The notes: generated from the letters alone by a model not told the origin. Counted from the stretch's first letter, positions 1 to 8,866 are shown. The stretch: DNA of 64,000 nt from an uncultured bacterium (GCA_963695095.1 CAVOFT010000001.1:1952001-2016000); one strand, 5' to 3'. Program-made: numbers and translations.

Positions 1-1800
1 ACGGGCCTGGGCGATCCCTACCTGAGCCAGCCGCTCGTCGCCGCCGCGGCCCTGCGCGCGCAGACGAGGCACGCCGGGGACCTCCGGCTCCTGCTGGCGA
101 GCGAGTTTCTCCTGCGCACGGTGCCCGGCGACGCGCCCGCGCTGACCCTCGACGCCGACGACGGCCTCGGCTTCCGCCCCCTCGCCCTCGACAGGGCCTT
201 CCCCGTCGACTACGGGAGTCCCGGCCTGAAGAGCCTGACCCTCCGTCTCGAGCGCGCCGACGGCGAATCCGCCTACGCGCGCTTCACCCTCGACGTCCGC
301 GATCAGCAGGCGCCGCCCTACGACGAGCTCTGGCCCCTCACCGCCGAGACGCCCTACGCCGGCGGCCTGGCCAGCGGCCAGGCCTTCGTCTACCGGGCGC
401 CGGGGCATGCGGCGGTCGAGAATCCCGTGATCGTTGTGGAGGGCTTCGACCTCGACAACGTGATGGGCTGGGACGAGCTCTACGATCTGCTCAACCAGCA
501 GAACCTGCTCGAGGATCTGCGCGCGGAGGGCTACGACGCCATCGTGCTCAACTTCACCGAGTCCACCGATTACATCCAGCGCAATGCCTATCTGCTGGTC
601 ACGCTGCTCGCGACCGTGCAGGCCGCGCTCGCCGATCCCGAGCAGGACATCGCCCTCATCGGCGCCAGCATGGGGGGGCTGGTCTCGCGCTACGCCCTCG
701 CGGCGATGGAGCAGGCCGGCCAGCCGCACCGCGTGCGCAGCTTCATCAGCTTCGACTCGCCGCAGATGGGCGCCAACATCCCGCTCGGCATGCAGTACTG
801 GCTGGATTTCTTCCGCATCGAGTCCGAGGAGGCCGGCCACCTGCTCAGCCGCCTCGACACGCCGGCCGCCCGGCAGATGCTCGTCTACCACCACACGAAC
901 CCGCCCGGCGGCACGGGCGAGGCCGACGCCCTGCGCGGCGTGCTCGCCGCCGAGCTCGTGGCGCTGGGCGACTACCCCGCCGACCTGCGCAAGGTGGCCA
1001 TCGCCAACGGCAGCGGCGCCGGCGCCACCCAGGGCTTCGCCGCCGGCGAGCAGATCGTCAGCTACGAGTACGCGAGCTGGCTGGTCGACATCATCGGCAA
1101 CGTCTGGGCGGTGCCGGACGGGGCGAGCCACATCATCTTCGACGGCGAGATCGACCGCATCTGGCCCCTGAACGACGACGCGCTCAGCGTCACCGTCAGC
1201 GGCACCCTGCCCTTCGACAATGCCCCCGGCGGCGCGCGGGCCTCGATGGCCGAGATGGACGCCACCCAGGCCCCCTACGGCGACATCGTCGCGCTCCACG
1301 ACGCGCACTGCTTCATCCCCACCGTGAGCGCGCTCGCGCTGGCCACCGACGATCCCTTCTTCGACATCGCGGGCGCGGGGGACCTCTCCGCGCTGACGCC
1401 CTTCGATGCCGTCTACTTCCCCGCGGCCAACCAGGACCACGTGCTGGTGACGGCCGAGAACAAGGCCTGGTTCATGGTCGAGATCGCGGCGACGGCCAGC
1501 GGCCTGCCGATCGCGCCCGCGCCGGCGGCCCTGGCCCTGGCGGCCTGGCCCAATCCCTTCCGGCCCAGCGTCACCCTGAGCTTCACGCTGGCGGCGCCGG
1601 CGGCCGTCGAGCTCAGCATTCACGATGTGGCGGGCCGGCGCCTGCGCAGGCTCGAAGCGGGCAGCTTCGCCGGCGGCGAGCAGCGCCTCGCCTGGGACGG
1701 CCGCGACGATGCCGGCCGCAGCCTGCCCAGCGGCGTCTACCTCGCCCGCCTGAGGGCGGGGGACGCTGCCGAGAATCTGCGGCTGCTCAGGCTCCGCTAG
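1..1800 (+). CDS. Alpha/beta-hydrolase (lipase/esterase-like) with C-terminal FlgD-Ig/secretion-tail domain; 5' truncated by window edge
   Basis: Frame is open from position 1; GASMGG nucleophile elbow; C-terminal WPNPF...IHDVAGRRLRRL...WDGRDDAGRSLPSGVYLARL. Confidence 0.75.
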   Translation, partial: TGLGDPYLSQPLVAAAALRAQTRHAGDLRLLLASEFLLRTVPGDAPALTLDADDGLGFRPLALDRAFPVDYGSPGLKSLTLRLERADGESAYARFTLDVRDQQAPPYDELWPLTAETPYAGGLASGQAFVYRAPGHAAVENPVIVVEGFDLDNVMGWDELYDLLNQQNLLEDLRAEGYDAIVLNFTESTDYIQRNAYLLVTLLATVQAALADPEQDIALIGASMGGLVSRYALAAMEQAGQPHRVRSFISFDSPQMGANIPLGMQYWLDFFRIESEEAGHLLSRLDTPAARQMLVYHHTNPPGGTGEADALRGVLAAELVALGDYPADLRKVAIANGSGAGATQGFAAGEQIVSYEYASWLVDIIGNVWAVPDGASHIIFDGEIDRIWPLNDDALSVTVSGTLPFDNAPGGARASMAEMDATQAPYGDIVALHDAHCFIPTVSALALATDDPFFDIAGAGDLSALTPFDAVYFPAANQDHVLVTAENKAWFMVEIAATASGLPIAPAPAALALAAWPNPFRPSVTLSFTLAAPAAVELSIHDVAGRRLRRLEAGSFAGGEQRLAWDGRDDAGRSLPSGVYLARLRAGDAAENLRLLRLR

Positions 1801-1878
1801 GCCGGCCAAAAGATGCTGCTCAGCCGGGCGCCGTTGCGCTAGAGTGGCCCCGGTCTTCTCCCCAGAGGTGGCGTCCGC

Positions 1879-2634
1879 ATGCGCATCCTGCTCAGCAACG
1901 ACGACGGCATCCATGCGCGCGGGCTGGCCGCCCTGCGCGAGGCGCTGGCCCCGCTCTGCGAACTCTGGGTGGTGGCGCCCGCCTCCCAGCAGAGCGCGAG
2001 CAGCCACAGCCTCACCCTGCACACCATCCTGCGCCGGCACCGCATCGAGGAGCGCGTCTTCGCCGTGGACGGCACGCCGGCCGACAGCGTGCTGATGGCG
2101 ATCAACGGCCTCATGGCGGCGACGCCGCCGGATCTCGTGATCTCGGGCGTCAACCACGGGCCGAACATGGGGGAGGACGTGCACTACTCGGGCACGGTGG
2201 CGGCAGCCATCGAGGCGGCGATCCTCGGCGTGCCGGCCCTGGCCGTCTCGGTGGCGGCCTTCCGGGAGCAGATCTTCAGCGGCGCCACGCAGTTCATCGC
2301 CGACCTGGTGACCCGGCACCCCGAGGAGCTGACGCGGCCCGGCACCCTGCTCAACGTCAACGTGCCCAATCTGCCGGCGGCGGCGATCCGCGGCGTGAGC
2401 ATCACGCGGCTGGGCAGCCGCTACTACGGCGATGTCATTCTGCGCAAGGAGGACCCGCGCGGGCGCGAGTACTTCTGGATCGGCGGTGAGGAGCCCACCT
2501 GGCGCGAAGGGGACGACTCGGACTTCCACGCCGTGCACAGCCGGCAGGAGATCTCGGTCACGCCGCTGGCGCTGGATCTCACGGACCACGGCGGCCGGGC
2601 TGCGCTGGCCCACTGGGCCGAGCGCCGGCCATGA
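1879..2634 (+). CDS. surE: 5'/3'-nucleotidase SurE
   Basis: MRILLSNDDG, GTPADS, SGVNHGPNMG, YSGTVAAA motifs. Confidence 0.97.
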   Translation: MRILLSNDDGIHARGLAALREALAPLCELWVVAPASQQSASSHSLTLHTILRRHRIEERVFAVDGTPADSVLMAINGLMAATPPDLVISGVNHGPNMGEDVHYSGTVAAAIEAAILGVPALAVSVAAFREQIFSGATQFIADLVTRHPEELTRPGTLLNVNVPNLPAAAIRGVSITRLGSRYYGDVILRKEDPRGREYFWIGGEEPTWREGDDSDFHAVHSRQEISVTPLALDLTDHGGRAALAHWAERRP

Positions 2635-3302
2635 GCGGGAGCGCAGGAATGGGTCGGGGCGAGCTCTTCGCCGTAGCCCGGGAGCGGATGGTCGCCCGCT
2701 TGCGGGTGCAGGGCCTGGCGGGGGAGGAGGTGCTCGGCGCCATGGCCGAGCTGCCCCGGCATCTCTTCGTGGATGCCGCGCTGGGGAGTCGAGCCTACGG
2801 CCGCGACGCCCTGCCGATCGGTTACGGGCAGACGCTCTCCCATCCCGAGATCGTGGCCCGCATGACCGAAGCCCTGCTGGTCGAGCCCGGGCAGAAGGTC
2901 CTCGAAGTCGGCACCGGCTCCGGGTACCAGGCCGCGCTCCTCGCCAGCCTGGGCCTGCGGGTGTGGACGCTCGAGCGCATCGCGGGCCTTCTGGAGCGCG
3001 CGCGCCCCCTCTGGGCCCGCCTGGGCCTGGAGACGCTGATCGTGGCTCGCCACGGCGACGGCTACCGCGGCTGGCCGGAAGCCGGCCCCTTCGGGCGCAT
3101 CATCGTGACGGCGGCGCCCCGCGCGGTGCCGACGGCCCTGCTGGGGCAGCTGGCCGAAGGGGGCCTGCTCGTCACCCCCATGGGCGGCGAATCCGATCAG
3201 CGCCTGCTGCGCTTCCGCCTGCAGGGTGAGCGGGCCTTCCGGGAGGATCTCGGCGCCTGTTCCTTCGTGCCGATGCTGAGCCGGACCCTGGGGGCCGGCT
3301 AG
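2631..3302 (+). CDS. pcm: Protein-L-isoaspartate O-methyltransferase
   Basis: LPIGYGQTLS, VLEVGTGSGYQAA, GDGYRGWPEAGPF; ATGA overlap with surE. Confidence 0.95.
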   Translation: MSGSAGMGRGELFAVARERMVARLRVQGLAGEEVLGAMAELPRHLFVDAALGSRAYGRDALPIGYGQTLSHPEIVARMTEALLVEPGQKVLEVGTGSGYQAALLASLGLRVWTLERIAGLLERARPLWARLGLETLIVARHGDGYRGWPEAGPFGRIIVTAAPRAVPTALLGQLAEGGLLVTPMGGESDQRLLRFRLQGERAFREDLGACSFVPMLSRTLGAG

Positions 3303-3318
3303 GGGCGGGGAAAGGCCC

Positions 3319-3347
3319 TTTACACCCGTGGGGCCATGACTTATGTT
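3319..3347 (+). promoter_or_regulatory. Putative sigma70 promoter for tRNA-Pro
   Basis: TTTACA-17 nt-TATGTT, 11 nt upstream of the tRNA. Confidence 0.55.
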
Positions 3348-3358
3348 TGCAGCCGTGT

Positions 3359-3433
3359 CGGGGTGTAGCGCAGCCCGGTTAGCGCGCCTCGTTCGGGACG
3401 AGGAGGTCGGAGGTTCAAATCCTCTCACCCCGA
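3359..3433 (+). tRNA. tRNA-Pro(CGG)
   Basis: Cloverleaf: CGGGGTG/CACCCCG acceptor stem, CCTCG-TTCGGGA-CGAGG anticodon arm, TTCAAAT T-loop. Confidence 0.96.
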
Positions 3434-3467
3434 CCCTTTTTTTTCGCTCAGTCCCCCGGAGTACGCC

Positions 3468-4322
3468 GTGGCGGGCGATTTCGAATCCGTCTATGTCCGG
3501 GAGATTTCGAGAATCCCCGTCTTGGGCCCCGAGAAGGAGCGCGCGCTGGCCCGCCGGCTGCGCGACGGGGATGCTGATGCCCGACGGGAGCTGATCGTCA
3601 GCAACCTCCGGCTGGTGCTCAGCATCGCGCGGTCTTACGCGGGGCGCGGCGTCGGCCTGATGGATATCGTCGAAGAGGGCAACCTGGGCCTCATCCGCGC
3701 CGTGGAGAAGTTCAATCCCGATCGCGGCTTTCGCTTCTCCACCTATGCCTCCTACTGGATCAAGCAGGCCATGGCCCGCGCAGTGGCCAACCAGGGACGG
3801 ACCATCCGCATCCCTTTCCATGTCTACCAGCTCGTGAATCGCTACACGCGCTTGATGGTCCGCGAGAGCCAGGCAGCGAGCAGTTCCGATGCGGAGCTCG
3901 CGCGGCGCCTGCACTGCACCGAGCGCAAGGCCCACCTGCTGCGCAATCTCGTGATGGGGATCCTCTCGCTCGACCTGCTGATGAGCCAGGGCGCGATGAA
4001 GGAGCTCTATGCGGCGGAAGAGAACCGTGTGGGCCAGACGCCGGAAGATGTCGTTGCCCTGCAACTCGAGCACGAGCAGGTGCACCGTCTCATGGACAAG
4101 CTGTCGGAGCGCGAGCGCGCCGTCCTGCGCATTCGCTACGGCTTCGAGTCCGCTGGGGAGTTTCAAACGCTGGAGGAAACGGGGCGCGCCTTCGGGGTCA
4201 CGCGCGAGCGCGCCCGCCAGATCGAGATGAAGGCCTTGCGGAAGCTGCGCTTGCTCCTGCTGAGCGAGGAGGCAGGCAACGGCGAGGTTGGTGAACAGAG
4301 CCCCCGTAGCTCAGGCGGATAG
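3468..4322 (+). CDS. RNA polymerase sigma-70 factor, group 2/RpoS-like (no region 1.1)
   Basis: [68 protein letters not shown] before GTG. Confidence 0.9.
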   Translation: MAGDFESVYVREISRIPVLGPEKERALARRLRDGDADARRELIVSNLRLVLSIARSYAGRGVGLMDIVEEGNLGLIRAVEKFNPDRGFRFSTYASYWIKQAMARAVANQGRTIRIPFHVYQLVNRYTRLMVRESQAASSSDAELARRLHCTERKAHLLRNLVMGILSLDLLMSQGAMKELYAAEENRVGQTPEDVVALQLEHEQVHRLMDKLSERERAVLRIRYGFESAGEFQTLEETGRAFGVTRERARQIEMKALRKLRLLLLSEEAGNGEVGEQSPRSSGG

Positions 4323-4372
4323 AGCAGCGGTTTCCTAAACCGCGTGGGCAGGTTCGAGTCCTGCCGGGGGTA
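4300..4372 (+). tRNA. tRNA-Arg(CCT)
   Basis: GCCCCCG/CGGGGGT acceptor stem, GCGGT-TTCCTAA-ACCGC anticodon arm, TTCGAGT T-loop. Confidence 0.95.
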
Positions 4373-4410
4373 CCTGATCGGGATGGGTAGGGGCATGGGC
4401 GGTGGGCATG

Positions 4411-4533
4411 AAAAAACGAGGGGCTCACCGCTGAGTACGTATGACTACCCACCCTTCAGAGGCTCGTGCGGCAATCGCTTCGCTGAGATGCATGAGGATA
4501 CGGGGTCACGTACTCCCAGTAGAGCCCACTCGC
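4411..4533 (-). ncRNA. Candidate ~120-nt rod-shaped ncRNA of unknown family
   Basis: Long-range pairing (GGGCTC/GAGCCC, GAGTACG/CGTACTC, TGAC/GTCA), ending in T6, directly downstream of a consensus promoter. Confidence 0.6.
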
Positions 4534-4539
4534 GAACGA

Positions 4540-4568
4540 AGGTTAGCAGCGAGGTCAAGGGCTGTCAA
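4540..4568 (-). promoter_or_regulatory. sigma70 promoter for the candidate ncRNA
   Basis: TTGACA-17 nt-TAACCT on the minus strand. Confidence 0.7.
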
Positions 4569-4669
4569 CGCGGTCCGGCAATATTTTGCGCTATGATGCG
4601 CGTATCCGTAATCCCTGCGTAATGAACGCGTTATCCTGGCTGAAATATCGCCATTCCGTCACCAGGCCG

Positions 4670-4702
4670 AAATAAATAGGCGCCCCTCCAGGAAGGGCGC
4701 CT
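4670..4702 (-). terminator. Rho-independent terminator after the small ORF
   Basis: AGGCGCCCTTC-CTG-GAGGGGCGCCT followed by ATTTATTT. Confidence 0.7.
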
Positions 4703-4734
4703 TAGGTATGGAAAGCCATTGGGTCCTCTTGAAC

Positions 4735-4788
4735 TTAGTCTCGCAACCACCAGAAGAGATCCAGCAGTCCGCAGAAGAACACCAACAT
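4735..4788 (-). CDS. 17-aa hydrophobic peptide MLVFFCGLLDLFWWLRD
   Basis: AAGGAAAGGAGGAG RBS just before ATG; TAA stop; flanked by sigma54-type promoter and terminator; below the ORF-track size cutoff. Confidence 0.6.
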   Translation of the reverse strand: MLVFFCGLLDLFWWLRD

Positions 4789-4840
4789 GGGTTCTCCTCC
4801 TTTCCTTCAGGACCTCGGCCGAGATGTCCGCATCGTGCCT

Positions 4841-4856
4841 TGCAAGGCCCGTGCCG
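4841..4856 (-). promoter_or_regulatory. Putative sigma54 -24/-12 promoter for the small peptide gene
   Basis: CGGCACG-GGCC-TTGCA versus consensus TGGCACG-N4-TTGCW. Confidence 0.6.
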
Positions 4857-4875
4857 TTGCCAAGCAATCCTCGGT

Positions 4876-7372
4876 CTAGCTAGCGATCCGCATGAATACA
4901 AAGGAGATATCGTCGCTCTGGGCACCCTCGCCGAAGCGGGTGAGCTCGTCCAGAAGCTGGTCGGAAAGGCCTTCTAGACCTTCATCCGTGCGCGATTGCA
5001 GCCAGCCCGCCAGGCGCTCCTCGCCATAGGACTCCTGCTGGCGGTCCAGCTGATCCTCCAGCCCGTCCGAGCGCAGGAAGAGCAGGTCCCCCGGACGCAG
5101 TTGCAGCACCCCCTGCAGGTAGGACTGCCCCTGCTCCACCCCCAGCAGCTGACCGCCGCGCCGCAGGCGCTCGAGGCGCCCTTCCCGGCGGAGGAGCCAG
5201 GGCGCGGGCATGCCGGCATTGCAGTAGCGCAGAAGCCCGCTGTCGCGCTCCACCTGCCCATAGAAGAAGCCCGCGAAGGTGCCATGCCGGCGCGCCCGAT
5301 CAGCAACCAGCCGGCCGAGCGACTGGTTCATGCCGGCCAGGACCTGGGCGGGGGCGAGACCGTCGGCGGCCTGGGCGTGGAAGGCCACGGCCACGGAGGA
5401 GATCAGCATCGCCGCCGGGACGCCATGCCCCGTCGCATCGCCGAGGGCGAGACCCAGCCGGCGTTCGTCGAACTCGAGGAAGTCGTAGTAGTCCCCGCCC
5501 ACTTCGCTGCTGGTCCGCATGCGGCCCGCCAGCTCGATCCAGGGCAGGCGAGGCGTGCGGCGGGGGAGGAGGTCGAGCTGGATGCTGCGGGCCAGCTCCA
5601 TCTCGCTGCGCAAGCGCTCCTCCCGGGAGGCCAGGGCGACAAGACTCAGGTTGCGCAGGTGCAGTTCGAGCGGGGCAACCAGCCGCTGCAGGCCTTCGAT
5701 GATCTCCGCGTCGTAGAGCGCCCGGCGCCGGGAAGGACCGAGCACCAGCAGCGCCGGGCGATCGCTGTCGCCGCTGAGGCGAAGCAGCAGGGCCCAATCG
5801 TGGGCCTTGCAGTAGGGGAGGGCCTCCGGGCCCAGCAGGCTCCGCGCCCAGTAGGGGTCCCACTGCTCCGCAGCGAGGAAGCAGCGCTTGCCCAGCAGGG
5901 CCTCCTCGAGAGTGCCAGGCAGGCTGTAGCCGGCGCCAGCGTCGGGGACCGTGATGGAGGCCGGGGAACCGCCCTCGCTTACCCAGCGATCCTGGACGCG
6001 CCAGCTGCCATCGTCCTCGCCTTCCAGCCAGAGCAGCCAGGTGGATTCCGCCTCCCAGCCCAGCCGCGGCAGGAGCGCTCGGCTCAGCTCGCGCCGGCAG
6101 GTGAAGTAGCGCGGGGGCGCGAGCCAGCGCAAGCAATCCTGAAAAGGCGCTTCGCTGCCCTCGCGACTGCGGCGCAACAGGCGGCGGCGCAGGGGCACGA
6201 CCATCGGCAGCGCGATGAGCAGAGCGAGGGTGTCGAAGACGAGGTCTTCGGGAGCGCTTGCTGTCCCGGGGCGCAGCGCGTGCAGCCCGAGTCGAACGAG
6301 GAGGAAGAGGCCGATCAACAGGGCGCTCGCGATGAGGAGCCGGCGCAAACGCGCGGCGCGGTGATAGAGGGCCGGCAGGTCCGGTCCCAGGATGCCCAGG
6401 GCGAAGCTGAGCGGCAGGAGCGTGAGCGACAGGGGAATCCAATCCGCTAGCCCCAGGCGCCGTCCCGGCAGGACCTGGTGCAGTAGCTGGAAGACGACGA
6501 GGGGAAGCAGTCCGAAGAGCGCGGCGATGAGCACGAGGCGGATGCGCCGTCGCTCACGGCGATGCTTGCGCCGGAAGGCCTTGAACACGAGGACGCCGAG
6601 GCCGAGCAACAGCAGGAGGCCGCTCTGGATGGCGGCGACCTGCTGCAGTGTCCGCGCCGGGGCGGCCGTGCCCGCGATCGGAAGATCGGCGAGGATCGCC
6701 GAGGCCGACCACGAGGGCGAGCAAGAGGGGGGGCAGGTAGATCAGCAGGCGCAGGACCAGAGGCCGCGCTCGCCGCTCCGGAAAGAGGATGATGAAGTGG
6801 AGCCAGACCGCGGGCAGCAGCAGGGCGAACACGTCGGCCTTCCACTCCAGGAAGGTCGCCGCCGCACCGGGCCCCGGCCGGGGATCGAGCGCGAAGAGCG
6901 AGCCGATGAGCAGGGTGAGCAGGAAGAAGAGCCTGGCCAGGGGGTCGCGGCGACGGCCCTGCACCCAGTACCCGATGAGGAAGACGGCGATGGCCGCAAG
7001 TGTGCGCAGGCTCAGGCCGAAGCGGCGGCCGAGATCGGGCGGGCGCAGGGATAGCGTCTGCTCGAGGCGTTCGCTTCCGCGCTGCACCTCGAGGCGGATG
7101 GGGCCGGCTCGTGCGCCCGCCACCAGGGCGGCGCTGGCCTCGGCGTCCCGGCGGGGACTGTGGCCGTTGATGCGCAGGAGGCGATCGCCGGCTTGAAGCG
7201 ATGCCTGCCCTTCCCCGGCGGGCGCGTTGGGTATCACCCGCAGCTGCCTGAGGCGGAAGGGGAGCTCCGGCCCCTGCCAGCGCTCGCTGAGGCCGGCGGC
7301 GGCCAAGAGGATCAAGGCGACGAGGGCGAGGGCGGGCAGGGCGCGCCGAAGCCCCAGAAAGAACCTGGCCAT
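4876..7372 (-). CDS. Membrane-bound PP2C/SpoIIE phosphatase with N-terminal PDZ-like domain; split by a +1 frameshift near 6700
   Basis: LQAGDRLLRING (PDZ), multiple TM helices, EVGGDYYDF, GDATGHGVPAAM, SDGLED, DDISFV; ORFs 6554-7372 and 4876-6609 join. Confidence 0.85.
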
Positions 7373-7505
7373 GCCTGCATTTCAACTGCGGCCGCGGGTT
7401 TTGTCAACGGCAGTGACCACGCTAGCTTGCAGCCTGCGCCCGGGCGTGCTAAATTCTCGCTCTTCATTCCTCGCGCCCGCGCGGGCGCCAGCCCGGGAGA
7501 TCCGC

Positions 7506-8207
7506 GTGTCTGCTGCTAAACGACTGACCAAGAGGCAGTTGAAGGATGACAAGTTCGTCGACGTGGTCCTGCTCTATGGGGAGAAGCTGCGTGAGCACCA
7601 GCGCCTGATCCTGGGCGGCCTGCTGATCGTCCTGGTCGTGATCATGGGCGTGAGCTGGGGGCGGCGCGCGCTCGAGTCGGGCTCCTCGGAGGCGCAGCAG
7701 GCCTATTCAGCGGCGCTGAAGAAGCTGGAAGCCGCCATGCGCGTCGACGATGCGAAGGGCTATCTCGTGGCGCAACAGGCCTTCGAGGGCGTGCGCGCCA
7801 AGTATGCGCGCAAGGACGTCGGGCACTGGGCCCTCTACGGCATCGCCTATTGCAAGGAGCAGGCGGCGGACTACCAGGGCGCTGAAGCGGCCTTCCGCGA
7901 GTACCTCGAGGCCCAGCCCCGCGGGGAGTTCGCGCTGGCGGCTCGCCTGGGCGTCGCCAGCTGCAGCGGCAGCGTCGGTCGCGTGAAGCCGCAGGCCGAT
8001 ATGCTCCTGGAGGCGGCCGCCGACAAGTCGGTGGACGAGGCCCAGGCCGATGCCTGGCGCTTCCAGGCCGGCCAGATCTACATGGACGCGGGCTATTTCG
8101 ATCTTGCCCGTGATCTCTTCCAAGAGCTCAAGACGCGCGCGGACGAGCCGACTCGTCTCGAGATCGAGCAAGCGCTGAAGGCGCTGGCAGCCCTGCCGAC
8201 GGCTTGA
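7506..8207 (+). CDS. Membrane-anchored tetratricopeptide-repeat protein (YfgM-like)
   Basis: KRLTKRQLKDDKFV N-terminus, one TM helix, TPR-like helices; upstream TTGCAG-17-TAAATT. Confidence 0.7.
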   Translation: MSAAKRLTKRQLKDDKFVDVVLLYGEKLREHQRLILGGLLIVLVVIMGVSWGRRALESGSSEAQQAYSAALKKLEAAMRVDDAKGYLVAQQAFEGVRAKYARKDVGHWALYGIAYCKEQAADYQGAEAAFREYLEAQPRGEFALAARLGVASCSGSVGRVKPQADMLLEAAADKSVDEAQADAWRFQAGQIYMDAGYFDLARDLFQELKTRADEPTRLEIEQALKALAALPTA

Positions 8208-8374
8208 GTCGGCTCCCGCCCGCGCGCCAGGTCCGCGCTTTGCATTGACGCGCCTTGGAAAAGCTGGAATCCTCCCTCAGCGTCGCCGCTGTCGAGCATC
8301 GACAGTCGTGCGGCCATGGGATTCCGCTGGCAGGGCCCGAGCTTTGCTCGCAGGCGTATCGTCGAGGGCGAGCC

Positions 8375-8785
8375 GTGACGCAGCGCACTCCTGAATTGGA
8401 CTTCGAGAGCGATCCTCCGGTCGCACCCGACAGCGTCGACCGCTGGATGGGGGCCATCGCCTACGTCACCGTCTTCTGCTTCGTGCCCTATCTCCTGCGA
8501 CCCGATCGCCCGCATCCGCGCTTCCACGCCAAGCAGGGGATCTTGCTGCTCTTCCTCGAGGTGGTCGCGGGCCTCGCGCTCTGGGTCATGGAGATGACCG
8601 TCGGCCGCATTCCCTTCCTCGGACTGCTGATCCTGGTCCTCGCGCGCCTGGCCGTCTGGCTGCCCATCCTGGGTCTGGCTCTGCTCGGCTTCACGCGGGC
8701 CCTGGCGGGGGAGATGCTGCCCTTGCCCTGGATCGGAAAGTTCGATGACGTGGTACCCGATGCCCCGGATCTGGCGCAGCACTAG
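8375..8785 (+). CDS. Small membrane protein, DUF4870-like
   Basis: AIAY..., RFHAKQGILL, IPFLG, LPWIGK pattern. Confidence 0.65.
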   Translation: MTQRTPELDFESDPPVAPDSVDRWMGAIAYVTVFCFVPYLLRPDRPHPRFHAKQGILLLFLEVVAGLALWVMEMTVGRIPFLGLLILVLARLAVWLPILGLALLGFTRALAGEMLPLPWIGKFDDVVPDAPDLAQH

Positions 8786-8797
8786 GCTCTCGGTAGA

Positions 8798-8825
8798 ATG
8801 GCGCATAATGTATATTATGTTAACC
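8798..8825. other. dif: dif site (XerC/XerD chromosome dimer resolution site)
   Basis: ATGGCGCATAA-TGTATA-TTATGTTAACC, 23/28 identical to E. coli dif GGTGCGCATAA-TGTATA-TTATGTTAAAT; intergenic. Confidence 0.88.
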
Positions 8826-8866
8826 ACTCCTCTTCGACTTGATACCGGCTGAACCGCTGCCTCCCA

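Noticed and set aside
4411..4533. SRP (4.5S) RNA identity for the long hairpin
   Set aside because: Size and shape fit, but the conserved CAGG/GNRA/AGCAG helix-8 motif is absent on both strands
4373..4875. Integrated element or prophage remnant at tRNA-Arg
   Set aside because: Lower GC, but no integrase and no duplicated tRNA 3' end seen; the segment is explained by promoters, an RNA and a small ORF
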